60,040 nt of DNA from a virus (Duplodnaviria; Caudoviricetes), in IMG/VR virus record IMGVR_UViG_3300044825_000703, positions 1-60,040 of that record; one strand, written 5' to 3'. Positions within the stretch are counted from its first letter, which is position 1. Every line of letters starts with the position of its first letter. The notes beneath the pieces are model-generated. The model saw only the letters and a program-made list of their open reading frames with translations. It had not been told where the DNA came from and ran no database searches. The position numbers were made by a program, and so were the translations under genes. Positions 15,451 to 25,752 of the stretch are shown here, in pieces.

Positions 15451-16111
15451 GGTGAACCTTGTAGTCGTGAAGTACCAGTCCATTCTTTTTGAAGTCACCG
15501 ACTCGACACGGCTTCACCCAGACGCGACGGCCTTTGACAACTCGCCAGTGTCCTCGGCGCTCATGCGCTCTCGGGCTGGCATGGGTTCCCGTAGAAACGC
15601 CACTTTGTTTGGGGTTGCGAGCTTTGACAGTAACGGTGCGCCACTCAAAGGACGGCGCTTTTCCTTTGGCGAGTTTGCGTTGATTGGTGAATGTTTTACG
15701 GACCTCCGTTTTGTATGCAGTCATGTCGTTGGTATCAAGACGTGAGACTAGCAATTGGATGACACCAACAATCTTAAGATTTTCTTCTCGGCTACCGACT
15801 GTGTTGTCGCGCCGATACACGCCTAGGTTGCCTTCTGGAGTTAGATTGCATATCAACGCCGGAAGTCGAACAAACTTGGGGGTTAGGGCAAAGCCTGCCG
15901 CAACGATTTGATTTGTGCCCGAGGATGCTGCAAAGATTACAAACGGCCCGCTTAGTCCTCGGCCAACGATATTGATGTTGTCAAATGGAAGGTGCGTGAT
16001 AAGTTCCGGATCAAGTTCGAACTCAAAAGTGTCCAGGCTTCCAACATCAAACCAGGTTCCCTTGTGCGGCTCGGGAACCAGCTTCCACATTGATTGAATG
16101 AGTGGTGTCAT
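15422..16111 (-). CDS. Conserved phage hypothetical protein, 229 aa
   Basis: C-terminal HASPRAHERRGHWR...VWVKPCRVG motif typical of phage proteins. Confidence 0.65.
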   Translation of the reverse strand: MTPLIQSMWKLVPEPHKGTWFDVGSLDTFEFELDPELITHLPFDNINIVGRGLSGPFVIFAASSGTNQIVAAGFALTPKFVRLPALICNLTPEGNLGVYRRDNTVGSREENLKIVGVIQLLVSRLDTNDMTAYKTEVRKTFTNQRKLAKGKAPSFEWRTVTVKARNPKQSGVSTGTHASPRAHERRGHWRVVKGRRVWVKPCRVGDFKKNGLVLHDYKVHHEANNIQKP

Positions 16112-16141
16112 GCTTCCTCCTACCAGGGCGCGTCGCCTACA

Positions 16142-16684
16142 TCAGACGATTGCCGAAAACCAGCTTTGCTGGGTGATCGTCCGCTTCGGTGGTTTAGTGG
16201 GACGTGTGAGGTTCTGGGCATAGCCATCAGTTCCTCGACGGTCGGGAAAGGCCACATGGGGGTTGCGCCGCCACGAGACGGGATCGTTGGGTGTGGCTGC
16301 TTTGTTTCGGATGAGGTAGCTTTTTGCTGTGAGTTCATTGAGTGCCTTTTTGATGGTTGCAGCGTGAAGGTTGAGGATTTTGGCTAAATCGGCCGCGGTG
16401 CGGGACAGGAAGTCTTTGGCGAAGATTTCGAATAGCGCTTGCTCGGTACTATTCCAGCGCTCCTTGGTGTCCTCGCCGGGTCCAAAGGCGTAGACTGCCG
16501 AGTATTGGCTGTCATGGAAGTCCCACCACACGATGTGAGCTAGCCCTTCCTTGTGCATGGCCTCGCAGAAGAGGTGCACGCCGTCACGACCGAGGCCGGT
16601 CACTTCAATCAGCTCCATGGCGCTGCGGGGCTGCTCCATCAGGGCCTTGAGTAGCTTGGGTAGCGTTGTAGCGGAGAGTCTCAC
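16142..16684 (-). CDS. Tandem winged-helix DNA-binding protein
   Basis: SAMELIEVTGL and TAADLAKILNLHAATIKKAL; start uncertain (GTG overlapping the upstream stop). Confidence 0.55.
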   Translation of the reverse strand: MRLSATTLPKLLKALMEQPRSAMELIEVTGLGRDGVHLFCEAMHKEGLAHIVWWDFHDSQYSAVYAFGPGEDTKERWNSTEQALFEIFAKDFLSRTAADLAKILNLHAATIKKALNELTAKSYLIRNKAATPNDPVSWRRNPHVAFPDRRGTDGYAQNLTRPTKPPKRTITQQSWFSAIV

Positions 16685-16890
16685 TGTCGCTTTCCTCCGG
16701 GGTTGATGGGGTCGAACTGGTCCATATTTAGACTCATGATCGGAATCTCGTAAGAGCCGAATGTCAGTCCGCATCCGGTGCAAGTCCTCCTGCGATAGGT
16801 GAAACCGTATCGTGTATCCATCCTCGTCTCGCGGACCTCGGACCCGGTGCCTTGTGGGCAGTCGCATTCTGGGTGATCAAGTCGCTTCAT
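16681..16890 (-). CDS. NrdR N-terminal-like zinc ribbon protein
   Basis: SEVRETR...YRRRTCTGCGLTFGSYE. Confidence 0.65.
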   Translation of the reverse strand: MKRLDHPECDCPQGTGSEVRETRMDTRYGFTYRRRTCTGCGLTFGSYEIPIMSLNMDQFDPINPGGKRQ

Positions 16891-19595
16891 TCTTCTCCTT
16901 CAGCTTTGCTTCGATAGTTTCAAGCCCGTTAATCCAAGCATCGAGCCTACTGTGCAGCTCGTCTCGTGTTGCTTGTCCAATAGTACGTCCGTCGGAGATC
17001 TTCAATTGGTTGTTTATATGCTCCTCAAACAACGGTCCTTTTTCAAATGTGATGTAAGACAAATCTTTTGCAGTCTTAATAGTGTATTCATGCCCTTCAA
17101 GGCTGATTCCCATTTCCGTATTCATCGGTTCTTCTCCTTCAGTTTTGCTTCAATCTGATCAAATAACTTTCTCGTATATCCTTTGATCGGAGTCTCGCCC
17201 CACGGTCCGATGATCTCTTTGATTTCGTCGTCAGCCAGTCCGACCCATTGGCGCGGTGCGGTGTAAAACGGAACGCCTTCGCTGCTATCACGGTTCTGTA
17301 CCCACGCATCAAAATGCGGCGCGTACTGAAAATATCCAAACGGCTCCTGCTTCTCTGCCTGTTCGATAGCGGTGCGGAGGGCGGTTACAGCACCAATGGC
17401 TTTCTGCATTGCGGTGTCATAGTCGCCAGAAACCTGACCCAATCCCATTTCCAACGCCTCCAGCGCCTGCTTCATTGCGTCAATGCTCATGCTTTGCATT
17501 CCTTATAAATTCTTTCCCACCGTTCTGGATGCCGATCAACGTCCGCAGGTCGATGCGTTATGACAACCCCCTCGATTTGATTGTGCATCCAACCGACCGG
17601 CTCAACTGGTAAGTAATTCTTACCAGTTGGATCCTGCTTCTCTGCCTGTTCGATGGCGGTGCGCCCTGCGCTCAGGGCTTCAAGCATCCTCGCCGTGTGC
17701 GGAATGTTGAACAGCTTGAGGTCGGCCTCGACAGCCTCGACCATCTGCTTCATTGCTTCAATGCTCATCCTCTTCTCCTCCACAAAAAGCTCAGTGTCAT
17801 ACCGTCGATCACGGCTCGTTTGAACCGCGTCTCAGGTGCCCAGATCAGATAGCCGACCGCTATACCTGCTGCGTAGACTAGTAGGGTTTCAGTCATCTCT
17901 CACCTTTGCTTAAAACCAAGACGCCGTATCCCGAGTTCGATCAGCATGGCTGCGTCCTCAAGACCGTTGTCTGAACTGCTGAATCCAGTCTGCCATTCGC
18001 CACCGATCCGCTTGCCAATCAGCCCAACAGAAATCAGTTCTCCGTTCTTGGCGTCCTCCAGCCACTGCTCAAGCATTGCAATCGCGTCGGAGTTGTCGGG
18101 CGTAGTGGCTTTGATAAATGGTTTGATGTTGTCGGTCATTTCTCACCTCTTGTTCGGATGGCATAAGCAATTGTGTGCCCGATCAACCAGTTCTCTGCCA
18201 CCTTCGCACACGCCTCACGTTCATCCATTTCCGCCAAATTGACAAGCCAGTACAAAAAGTCAATGTTGTCCATGATGGTTTTTTCGTGATGACCAAATCC
18301 AGTTATCTTTCCATCCTCAGCAGAAAGCCTTATAGCTCTGGATGCCAAATCCCTGATGCGTCGTTCGAGGTGCTCTTGCAACCCCTCACGGTGTTCATTT
18401 CCGCTGTCCCACCAAACATCAATGCCAGCCTCTCGCGCCATCTTGATGATGTCATCTCGTGTCATTTCTCACCCCTTGCTTCAAGCATGGCGTCTGCCAT
18501 TACCCAGCTTGCCTCTGCTAGTGTTTTTACCGGCTCTTCTTGGCGTTCCATAAATCGACGAGCATCGCGGTCAAGACCCGCAAGCAAGCCCTGCATCGCC
18601 TTCGCCGCAAAATAATCGCGCAGCGTCATGCCTTGATATGCCGTCCCCGTTGGAAACGCTGGGCCTCCTGTTGGTTTACTCATCTCTCACCCCTTGCTTT
18701 CTTCAACGCCGCCCGCGCTCGTGTAAACGTCGCATCAAGATGCTCCCATCCCGTATCAGTCGCATCGACGATCTCCTTGAGTGCTTCGTATAGATCAGGC
18801 GCGGCTGCGATCAGACGGGCGTCGGCTGCTTTGACATCGCCGGTCGTGTAGTTCACGTTTTCTCCGATCCTCACGAAGCGGAGCTTTTTCCCCCACATAG
18901 ACGGCCTGTGCTTCCACGGCCCCGGTGTGTAGTTCATTTGCGCCTCCAAGTGTCAAGTAATACTTGACGGTTGATCCAGCGTTTTTTCCTTGCACCATTT
19001 ACAGATAAAACCCGTTCGAGTAGCAAACGCAGACACGCCATATCTGTTTTTGCACTTACGGCATACGCGGGTTGCCTTGGATCTAAAATGTGCGCTCATT
19101 GGTTTCCCCTTGCTCTGATGGCTTCGGCGATGGCTGCATACTTTTCTTCAGTGGTATGCCCATCCCACGGTTTTGTGTAAGGCGGCAAATGTGCAAACAT
19201 CTGCTCATCGTCTGAGTGGTAGTGCCATGAAGCCTGCCCCCAAGGGAAGTCAATGTAAACACACCCGTGCCACGCCTCGTCCCAGCCCTCAATGGCGGTC
19301 TTGGCCTTGCCTGATGGAAACAACGTGGACAACAAAGCCACCAATTGGTTGCGCTCTTTGTAGACTGAATCGCAGTTCATGCTTCACCCCTTGCTCGGAT
19401 GGCTTTTGCGGCTTCTTCCTTGGTAATCCAGTTTCCATTGCGCTCAAAATTTTCGACCAACTTCGCACACGCCTCACGTTCGGCAGCCGCGACAAGGGCG
19501 GCGAAGCGTTCCATTGCAGCCCAATACATCCAGTCGGATTCAGGCTCATCAATTCCAGCCTCACGCGCCATCCGGATGATGTCGTCTTGTGTCAT
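16877..19595 (-). other. Array of about 11 short, mostly translationally coupled hypothetical genes (e.g. 16877-17125, 17122-17490, 17487-17768, 17900-18139, 18136-18465, 18462-18683, 18680-18937, 19096-19380, 19377-19595)
   Basis: ATGA overlaps; shared N- and C-terminal peptide blocks; 19096-19380 carries a PWDGHT (WDGH-type) motif. Confidence 0.75.
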
Positions 19596-20230
19596 TCCCC
19601 ATCTCCAAAGAACGCGCTCATCGTGATCGGAGCGACCGTACGAAGCTCCCTCAATACCGACTCGGCTAGCAATCGGTGTTCCTTCTGTGTGGTCGGATCT
19701 AACCTCTGCTTGAGGTAAAAGATCCACGAGCGCATGTTGCCGTTCATGTACATCCTGCTCGGCGTCAGACCCTCCGGCAACAAAGCTCTTGCTTGTTCCT
19801 TGGCGATGCCAGCAAGGAGGGCAGACCTGTAATACGCGTTGGCCTGCTCGTACACCTCGCGCTGCAATCGCTCCCATCGGTCTCGCAAGACTTGGTCGTT
19901 TGTCTCAATGCTGTTCTGACGGTTTGTCGGATCTTGTAGTCGGGCCTCCCGTAGAGCGACCGGCGTCAACTGCGACGCATCCGCATATCTCTGTGAGAAC
20001 TCCTGAAATGAAAACGATCTGTGCCGCAGGATCTGCCTCCCGATGTCTCGTGTGGTCTCGATCTCAAGGCAGACATTTGCCATCTCAAACGGGCTGACGT
20101 GACCATGCTCCATCAGATATCGCATAAGTCCTGTCTTGCCTGATGATTGGTTATCAGGGTTCGAGACCCTTGCGATATACAAGAGCTGCTGATCAAGATC
20201 AGGCGTCGCCCACTGAATCTTTACGTTCAT
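19592..20230 (-). CDS. thyX: FAD-dependent thymidylate synthase
   Basis: GHVSPFE and QILRHRSFSFQEFSQRY (RHRX7S) motifs. Confidence 0.95.
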   Translation of the reverse strand: MNVKIQWATPDLDQQLLYIARVSNPDNQSSGKTGLMRYLMEHGHVSPFEMANVCLEIETTRDIGRQILRHRSFSFQEFSQRYADASQLTPVALREARLQDPTNRQNSIETNDQVLRDRWERLQREVYEQANAYYRSALLAGIAKEQARALLPEGLTPSRMYMNGNMRSWIFYLKQRLDPTTQKEHRLLAESVLRELRTVAPITMSAFFGDGE

Positions 20231-20528
20231 CTCTCAGCTCCTTCATGTAGTACTTCATCTCAACAATCCGGGCGCACTCACGCAGCTTCCCGATGTTCGT
20301 CCGCTTCATTACTTCTATTGCAATCGCAACGAAGGTCTCGACCTCGGCCCGCTCGTCGTCGCCCCACCCGATCAGCGTCGCAATACAAGCCTTCAGACGC
20401 TCGTCTTTCATCCGCTCGACCTTCTCGACCAGATAGGACATATCGTCTTCGGGCAGTGCGGCCCTCATCTGAAGCAGCTCACGCATGCGCCGAGCTTGCT
20501 CTTCGACGAAGTGTTTGTCGGGTTTCAT
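20199..20528 (-). CDS. Hypothetical protein
   Basis: ATGA-coupled to the MazG gene. Confidence 0.55.
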   Translation of the reverse strand: MKPDKHFVEEQARRMRELLQMRAALPEDDMSYLVEKVERMKDERLKACIATLIGWGDDERAEVETFVAIAIEVMKRTNIGKLRECARIVEMKYYMKELRDERKDSVGDA

Positions 20529-20830
20529 TCTTCTTTCACGAACACGCCGTTGGGCATGAGGAACCCTTTGCGGTCCTTGATTTCGTTGTAGGCCCCTTCC
20601 AGGCACTTCACGATGTCTAGGCCCGAGAGTTCACAGAAGTTGATCAGGCAGACCAGAACGTCGCCCACAGCGTCGGCGGTGGCACCGATGTCCTTTTTAG
20701 CCAAAGCATCGGCCAGTTCTCCCATCTCAGATGCGGCCTTCAGGTACTGGGCCGTTGCCGTGCTGTTCGGGATGATCTGCCGGTCTCGGCTCCACTTGAT
20801 CACGCGCACGTGCAGTTCATCAAAGGTCAT
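20525..20830 (-). CDS. mazG: MazG-like nucleoside triphosphate pyrophosphohydrolase
   Basis: SEMGELADA...DAVGDVLVCL...AYNEIKDRKG. Confidence 0.85.
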   Translation of the reverse strand: MTFDELHVRVIKWSRDRQIIPNSTATAQYLKAASEMGELADALAKKDIGATADAVGDVLVCLINFCELSGLDIVKCLEGAYNEIKDRKGFLMPNGVFVKEE

Positions 20831-21053
20831 TGCAAAGCTCCTCTTCGATCCGTTGAATGTCTTTGTCTGTCATTTTTGCTTCGAGCCACGGTGCGGGGCG
20901 GCCACGTTGATCAAGCACAGTGAATGACTCCACTTCAACCCAGCCGTGATAATCCCAGTCACTCGGTGCGTTTCGGCTATACGAACCCGTTTGGACATGG
21001 ACCTGTGCCTCAATCAGGCAGGGAATCCCGGCGATTCGCGTTTCTATGATCAT
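20820..21053 (-). CDS. Conserved phage hypothetical protein
   Basis: RIAGIPC...APSDWDYHG...LDQRGRPAPWLE. Confidence 0.6.
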   Translation of the reverse strand: MIIETRIAGIPCLIEAQVHVQTGSYSRNAPSDWDYHGWVEVESFTVLDQRGRPAPWLEAKMTDKDIQRIEEELCNDL

Positions 21054-21055
21054 CT

Positions 21056-21295
21056 TCAGTCTCCAAGAAGGTTGCCGATGTTTGTTTTGTAGCTCGGCTC
21101 TACCAGCTCGCGGATTTCAGGAGGGATCTTAGGTAGCGGATACCAGCCTACGAACCATTTGTCTTTCCCGTCCCACCATCCGGTGCTCGCAATTCCAGCT
21201 TTGTTCAAGAGCAATACCTTTGGTCCAGTCGGGCAGTCATCCATGCTTCGGAAGAAGAGACCTGGATCTGTGATGGCGTCCTTGTTGGTGGTCAT
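21056..21295 (-). CDS. Hypothetical protein (DUF551-like)
   Basis: CPTGPKVLLL...WYPLPKIP. Confidence 0.5.
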   Translation of the reverse strand: MTTNKDAITDPGLFFRSMDDCPTGPKVLLLNKAGIASTGWWDGKDKWFVGWYPLPKIPPEIRELVEPSYKTNIGNLLGD

Positions 21296-21328
21296 AAGGA
21301 TCTCCTGGAGGGGTTTCCCCCTCCGTGT

Positions 21329-21553
21329 TTACGCTGCGATTGCGGCCGGTGCGGATACGGCCACTGCCACCTTGGAGGCATTCTTCCTGCCAGGCGGACG
21401 GCCACGGCGTTTTGCGGGCTTGATTGCTACCGGCTTGGGTTTGGCAACCGCCGGGCTTTCCACCATATCCACGATTGATCGGTCGGTGTAATCGCGCAGT
21501 GCTTTGACGATGATGGGTAGCAGCTCAGAATCAATTTTCAATGTGACTTTCAT
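21329..21553 (-). CDS. Small DNA-binding protein with AT-hook
   Basis: KRRGRPPGRK motif. Confidence 0.55.
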   Translation of the reverse strand: MKVTLKIDSELLPIIVKALRDYTDRSIVDMVESPAVAKPKPVAIKPAKRRGRPPGRKNASKVAVAVSAPAAIAA

Positions 21554-22143
21554 GATTGTCCTTTCTGTAAAAATGTTCCAAAGAGTGACTGTGCTTCTTT
21601 GTCTATCGTGCTCATAACCTCCTGAGATAAAACATCGGTTAAAGTCCACTGCTTGCCAGAATGCTCGATCCACACCTTTTCAAGCATTACGCAGTAGGTG
21701 TCGCTTTCTTCCCGGTAAAACACGCCGACTTGTGCATGACATGGCGTGTCGCACTTAGGAAGTTTGTAATCAAAGACAAACGTATGCGGTCCAAGCCAGT
21801 TCATTTGTCGGTCGCCTGTATCGTGATTTGATGATTCACGGATCGGGTCTCGACAATAATGGCTAGACACAAGTCTCTTGCCTTGGCGTATTCATTGTTC
21901 CGACAAGCCTCTTCCAGCTCTGCCAAGTTCTTTCTGATCGCCAAGATGCCTTCGATGTAATCAACCATTTGATGCTCCGATCTTTGTTGGTTCTTTTGCT
22001 TTCTTCCACTTCTCTTGATAGGCCGGGTCCTGTGAGGGCGGCTCCCAGCCGAATCGCTTCCAAGTTTCAGCGACATCGGTGGCGGCGCTGATCTTGTAAA
22101 ACACATCGGTGGAAAAGTCATTTTGATAATCATGGTCTCTCAT
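21550..22143 (-). CDS. Three short hypothetical genes (21550-21804, 21801-21968, 21961-22143)
   Basis: Overlapping start/stop junctions. Confidence 0.5.
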
Positions 22144-22732
22144 ACTTGCCTCCTAGTTTTTGAACAACCATGTGATACCCAAGAAACACAACCTGCATCT
22201 CATCTCCGAACAACATCATGAAAGCGTCAATAGCTGCTTTGGGGCGGTGCAGCACATCCCGAGGATGGCCCCATAAATAGTCATCCCATACCAGGAAACC
22301 GCTTTTGTTTAACAGTTTCCAAGCCATGCACGAATCTGTCAGCACATCTTTGGCTTGGTGAGAGCCGTCGATGTAGATGAAGTCATAGCTGTATCCGCCG
22401 CTGATCAACTCGGCCATTGCCATGTGGGATAGTTGCTTGATCTTATGGACGTTGCGCTCTGGAAACTTCTTTTGTGCGACCGCGACGTTTCGATCAAAGC
22501 GAAGTTCGACTTGCCGCATATCATCTGCTTCATGCTCTTCGCCGCCAGCCCAAGTGTCGATGCAGGTGATCTCTCCGCCGTCGCCCATCATGTGTTCAAC
22601 GGTCCAGACAGTTGACCTGCCTTCGTATGATCCGATCTCCAAGAAGTTCATGTTCTTGGACATCATCTTGCGGACCTCGGGCCACACATGCTCGCCGGTC
22701 TTGAACCAGTCACGGGTAAACTCGTATTTAAT
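22130..22732 (-). CDS. Class I SAM-dependent methyltransferase (Methyltransf_24-like)
   Basis: FLEIGSYEGRS, CIDTW, YDFIYIDGSH, WDDYLW; apparent start codon is ATT. Confidence 0.85.
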   Translation of the reverse strand: MKYEFTRDWFKTGEHVWPEVRKMMSKNMNFLEIGSYEGRSTVWTVEHMMGDGGEITCIDTWAGGEEHEADDMRQVELRFDRNVAVAQKKFPERNVHKIKQLSHMAMAELISGGYSYDFIYIDGSHQAKDVLTDSCMAWKLLNKSGFLVWDDYLWGHPRDVLHRPKAAIDAFMMLFGDEMQVVFLGYHMVVQKLGGKYERP

Positions 22733-23013
22733 TTGGGCTCCAATGCAATGATCTGTTTGTGCAGGAGTTGGCCGAGGTCTTTGTTCTCGACCCGAAGCAT
22801 CTTGGCGTGGGTGTTGTTGCTCACAATGTGAGCGGCGTCTGCCAGTCCAGCTTTGTATCCAGTTTTGTAGACATCCGAGCCATCCAGGATCATTGCGATG
22901 GCATTGCGTACTAGGGTGGACGCCTGACGATTCTTTCCAGCTTTTTTGAGCTTGGCGTGGATGTCAGGCGGCAGATATACCGAGTACGGTATCAGCCGTT
23001 TTTTTGCTTCCAT
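22663..23013 (-). CDS. Ribbon-helix-helix-like DNA-binding protein
   Basis: PYSVYLPPDIHAKLK...ASTLVRNAI. Confidence 0.5.
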   Translation of the reverse strand: MEAKKRLIPYSVYLPPDIHAKLKKAGKNRQASTLVRNAIAMILDGSDVYKTGYKAGLADAAHIVSNNTHAKMLRVENKDLGQLLHKQIIALEPKLNTSLPVTGSRPASMCGPRSAR

Positions 23014-23414
23014 GACATGAAGTCCTTGTTGACGCGAGCCAGTAAGTCACGGGCGGTTGCGTTGGTTTTGAGTTCGGATCTTGAGGAGACGTTCAGGAAG
23101 TCGCGCAGCCATTCAGTTGCGGCCTCCTCGCTCTCCTCGAAGACCAGTGCTTCATCGTTCAAGTAAGCCCAGAACTCAGGGTCACGGCACAGAACTCCGG
23201 CCAGTCGGACAGCCTTTGTGCCGTCAAACTCGTGACGATCCATAGGCTGTTCTTCGCCGTTCAGTCGAACCATGACGACCTGATACCTTGATCCAACGAA
23301 GTCCCTGAGAAGATCCTCGGGGGCGTCGTCGGGGTGTAGGCACAAGGTCAGGATGTACCCGTCCTTGTTTTGTTTGAGGGCCACCTTCACGGCCTCGAAC
23401 TGGATGGTTTTCAT
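22992..23414 (-). CDS. Conserved phage hypothetical protein
   Basis: FEAVKVALKQNKDG...AGVLCRDPEF...SRSELK. Confidence 0.6.
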   Translation of the reverse strand: MKTIQFEAVKVALKQNKDGYILTLCLHPDDAPEDLLRDFVGSRYQVVMVRLNGEEQPMDRHEFDGTKAVRLAGVLCRDPEFWAYLNDEALVFEESEEAATEWLRDFLNVSSRSELKTNATARDLLARVNKDFMSWKQKNG

Positions 23415-23578
23415 TACCACAGCCCAAACCAGATGCCGGTGCCGTGAACCCAAGCTACAGGGAAGAAGATCGCGCCCGCAATCAGAAACCCCCAAGATCC
23501 TTCGATCAAACAGGTTCCAACGTGTGTAATCCACGCGGCCACAACCCACACCAATATTGATACGCCAATCCAACTCAT
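23414..23578 (-). CDS. Small membrane protein, 54 aa
   Basis: Manual translation MSWIGVSILVWVVAAWITHV...HGTGIWFGLW; GGAG RBS. Confidence 0.55.
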   Translation of the reverse strand: MSWIGVSILVWVVAAWITHVGTCLIEGSWGFLIAGAIFFPVAWVHGTGIWFGLW

Positions 23579-23587
23579 GTGAGTCTC

Positions 23588-23854
23588 CTAAAAAGGCAGG
23601 TCTTCTTCGTCTTCCTGTGCCTTCGGGGCTGACTTTACGTATGGCTCCGAGATAGACAGGGACAGGGCTTTCTTGCCAGCAATCTCTTTCCTCCAGCCCG
23701 ATACGGAGAGCTTGACCTGCTCGCCATCGGCCTGGGAGATGAGCTTCTTCAGCAGAGAGATCTCGACAAAGATGTCGCCGCGAACGTCGGGGTGGTTATC
23801 TGAGCGCTTCTCATTGGGCCAAAGGGTGCCGGTGTTAGGACGGGGAACGAACAT
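23588..23854 (-). CDS. Putative single-stranded DNA-binding protein (OB-like, acidic DLPF tail)
   Basis: GTLWPN...HPDVRG...SGWRK...EDEEDLPF; next to ERF. Confidence 0.6.
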   Translation of the reverse strand: MFVPRPNTGTLWPNEKRSDNHPDVRGDIFVEISLLKKLISQADGEQVKLSVSGWRKEIAGKKALSLSISEPYVKSAPKAQEDEEDLPF

Positions 23855-23856
23855 GC

Positions 23857-24534
23857 TTACTCCTTGACGAACTTCTTTTTGGTTTCGGTGAACGTGGACA
23901 TCAGGGACTTCCACAGGGATGCGTCGGCTTCTTTGACCAGATCGAACAATTGCTTGTTGACCTTGAAGATAGACATGACATCGGCCTCGCTTGTAGCCAT
24001 ATCGAGCGCGGTCTGCACTGCACCCGGCACGGAATCAAGCCATTCCGGTTCTTCGCCAACACCTTCAACCGTGATCTGCCACGGACCGGCTTTTCCTTCG
24101 ACCTTCTTCGGAAGCTTGGGTTCGGGCTTCGGCTCCGCTTTTTTGGGTCGATCTACCGTGACATCGGTAGCGGAATCAAGGGCATCGTGCTCTACGATCT
24201 CGAAGGCATTTGTCCAAAGGTACCGACGCAAATAGGTCTGCACTGCACCCAGGTTCTGAACATCGTGGCAACCTTTGAGTTCAGCCTTGGCCATAGGGGA
24301 GGTGAACTCAATGAACACTCCGCTTTCCACGTCGAAGATGGCAAGCTTGGCTTCGTCGCTGGTAAAGGTCACAACGCCACACAGACCGACCTCGTTGCAG
24401 ATCTCCTGAATGCGAGGCAGGAAGTCACCCAGCTCAAAGTATTCGTAGCCTGCGAACTTGTTCTTGCCGCTCTTGGTGAGCTTCGATCCTTGCAGCTTTA
24501 CGCGAGCTGCTTGAAGCTTTTGATAGACAGTCAT
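23857..24534 (-). CDS. erf: ERF-family single-strand annealing recombinase
   Basis: KSGKNKFAGYEYFEL; QNLGAVQTYLRRYLW. Confidence 0.88.
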   Translation of the reverse strand: MTVYQKLQAARVKLQGSKLTKSGKNKFAGYEYFELGDFLPRIQEICNEVGLCGVVTFTSDEAKLAIFDVESGVFIEFTSPMAKAELKGCHDVQNLGAVQTYLRRYLWTNAFEIVEHDALDSATDVTVDRPKKAEPKPEPKLPKKVEGKAGPWQITVEGVGEEPEWLDSVPGAVQTALDMATSEADVMSIFKVNKQLFDLVKEADASLWKSLMSTFTETKKKFVKE

Positions 24535-24806
24535 CCTTGTACCTCTTTCAGTTTCTGAATGTAGTGACGAGCCTTCTCAGCGTCGTCAGATCCTTTCAAG
24601 CCTTGCCGCATTGCGTACTTGATTGCGGATCCTTTCAAGAACCCAATGAACTCTTCTCGTGTCAACAATCCCTCCATGACTTCCCACGGCTCGATGCCGA
24701 GCTTCTTGTAGTGATCCCCGCCCACCTGCCGGGTGTTTGCGGCAACGTATTTCCAAGCCTCCTCCTCGGCTTCGCTAATATCGAACTCTTCTTTCAGCGT
24801 TGTCAT
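24531..24806 (-). CDS. DUF3310/SaV-like protein
   Basis: QVGGDHYK...FLKGSAIKY...DAEKARHY. Confidence 0.8.
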   Translation of the reverse strand: MTTLKEEFDISEAEEEAWKYVAANTRQVGGDHYKKLGIEPWEVMEGLLTREEFIGFLKGSAIKYAMRQGLKGSDDAEKARHYIQKLKEVQG

Positions 24807-25696
24807 GCTTGCTCCTTTTCAAATCGAACGCCGTCTTGGTAATCGCGCCACTGGGCGCACCATGTGTTGACCGGACAAAAGTTTGCACAGCGTGTGCGCT
24901 CTCCATGCCGGGTCTGAACTTCGTAATCTCCGCCGAGTCTGTTGGCTTCAGAGATGGCCGAGAGTTCGTCTCCGAAAAGAGCCTTGGCCCTCACGCCACC
25001 TTTCTTCATCACAGCCCAGACCGTTGGCTTTTCCCACATCTCCTCCGGGGTGCAAGGCGGCAGAAGCTCTTCAGCCTCAAGCGCGAAGTCAGCCTCGGCG
25101 TGTTTGTGGATCCTCTCAGCTACGAATGCCTCACGTTCCTCAAAAGTCCACAGCTTGATCGGGAGTTCCTTGATCGGTGCCTGCGGATACTCTTCCTTGC
25201 GCTCGGCCTCCCGGCGGCTCCAGTCGCGGATGATTGCCACGATACCGATGTCCAAAACTTGGACACCCTTGACCTTCTCGACCAGCCAAGCGTAGAGATT
25301 GAGCTGTTGCTCCCACTCGATCTTTTCGTTCATCACAGACCAGGATGAGCAGGTCTTGTAGTCCCGGATTGAGACGCCGCCCTCGCGTTTGATCTGAAGA
25401 TCGATAGCACCGGAGATCGTCCATCCATCCACTACAGCAGACAGGCGCTCCTCAATGACGTGCGTGTCGTCTTTGCCGTGCTCCAGAACCTTGTGAACAG
25501 CAGAGCCGAAGAGTGACCAGACCATATCGGCCACGTCAGATTCGATCTCGTCCTGGAACCGTTCAGTCAATGCTACGATCTTTGGGGAGTTGATGAGCTG
25601 CGTCACCGAGCGGTGAGCCTTGCCCTTGGAATAGGTCGGCCTCCGAAGGACATTGACAAATGTCTCAGGGATGCCATGCTTATTGGTGAGCTTCAT
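24803..25696 (-). CDS. PD-(D/E)XK exonuclease (Cas4/RecB-like)
   Basis: GSAVH, ISGAID, DYK, QLNLY, C-terminal Cys cluster RCANFCPVNTWC. Confidence 0.85.
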   Translation of the reverse strand: MKLTNKHGIPETFVNVLRRPTYSKGKAHRSVTQLINSPKIVALTERFQDEIESDVADMVWSLFGSAVHKVLEHGKDDTHVIEERLSAVVDGWTISGAIDLQIKREGGVSIRDYKTCSSWSVMNEKIEWEQQLNLYAWLVEKVKGVQVLDIGIVAIIRDWSRREAERKEEYPQAPIKELPIKLWTFEEREAFVAERIHKHAEADFALEAEELLPPCTPEEMWEKPTVWAVMKKGGVRAKALFGDELSAISEANRLGGDYEVQTRHGERTRCANFCPVNTWCAQWRDYQDGVRFEKEQA

Positions 25697-25723
25697 GTTG
25701 ACTCCGTTGGCAGTGGAGCTTTG

Positions 25724-25752
25724 ATGGTGACAGCTTTTTTCTGGCATGTCAA
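25724..25752 (-). promoter_or_regulatory. Probable sigma70 promoter of the middle operon
   Basis: TTGACA-N17-CACCAT. Confidence 0.55.

Noticed and set aside
24803-25696. Cas4 as part of a CRISPR system
   Set aside because: Its context next to ERF and an SSB-like gene indicates a recombination exonuclease.
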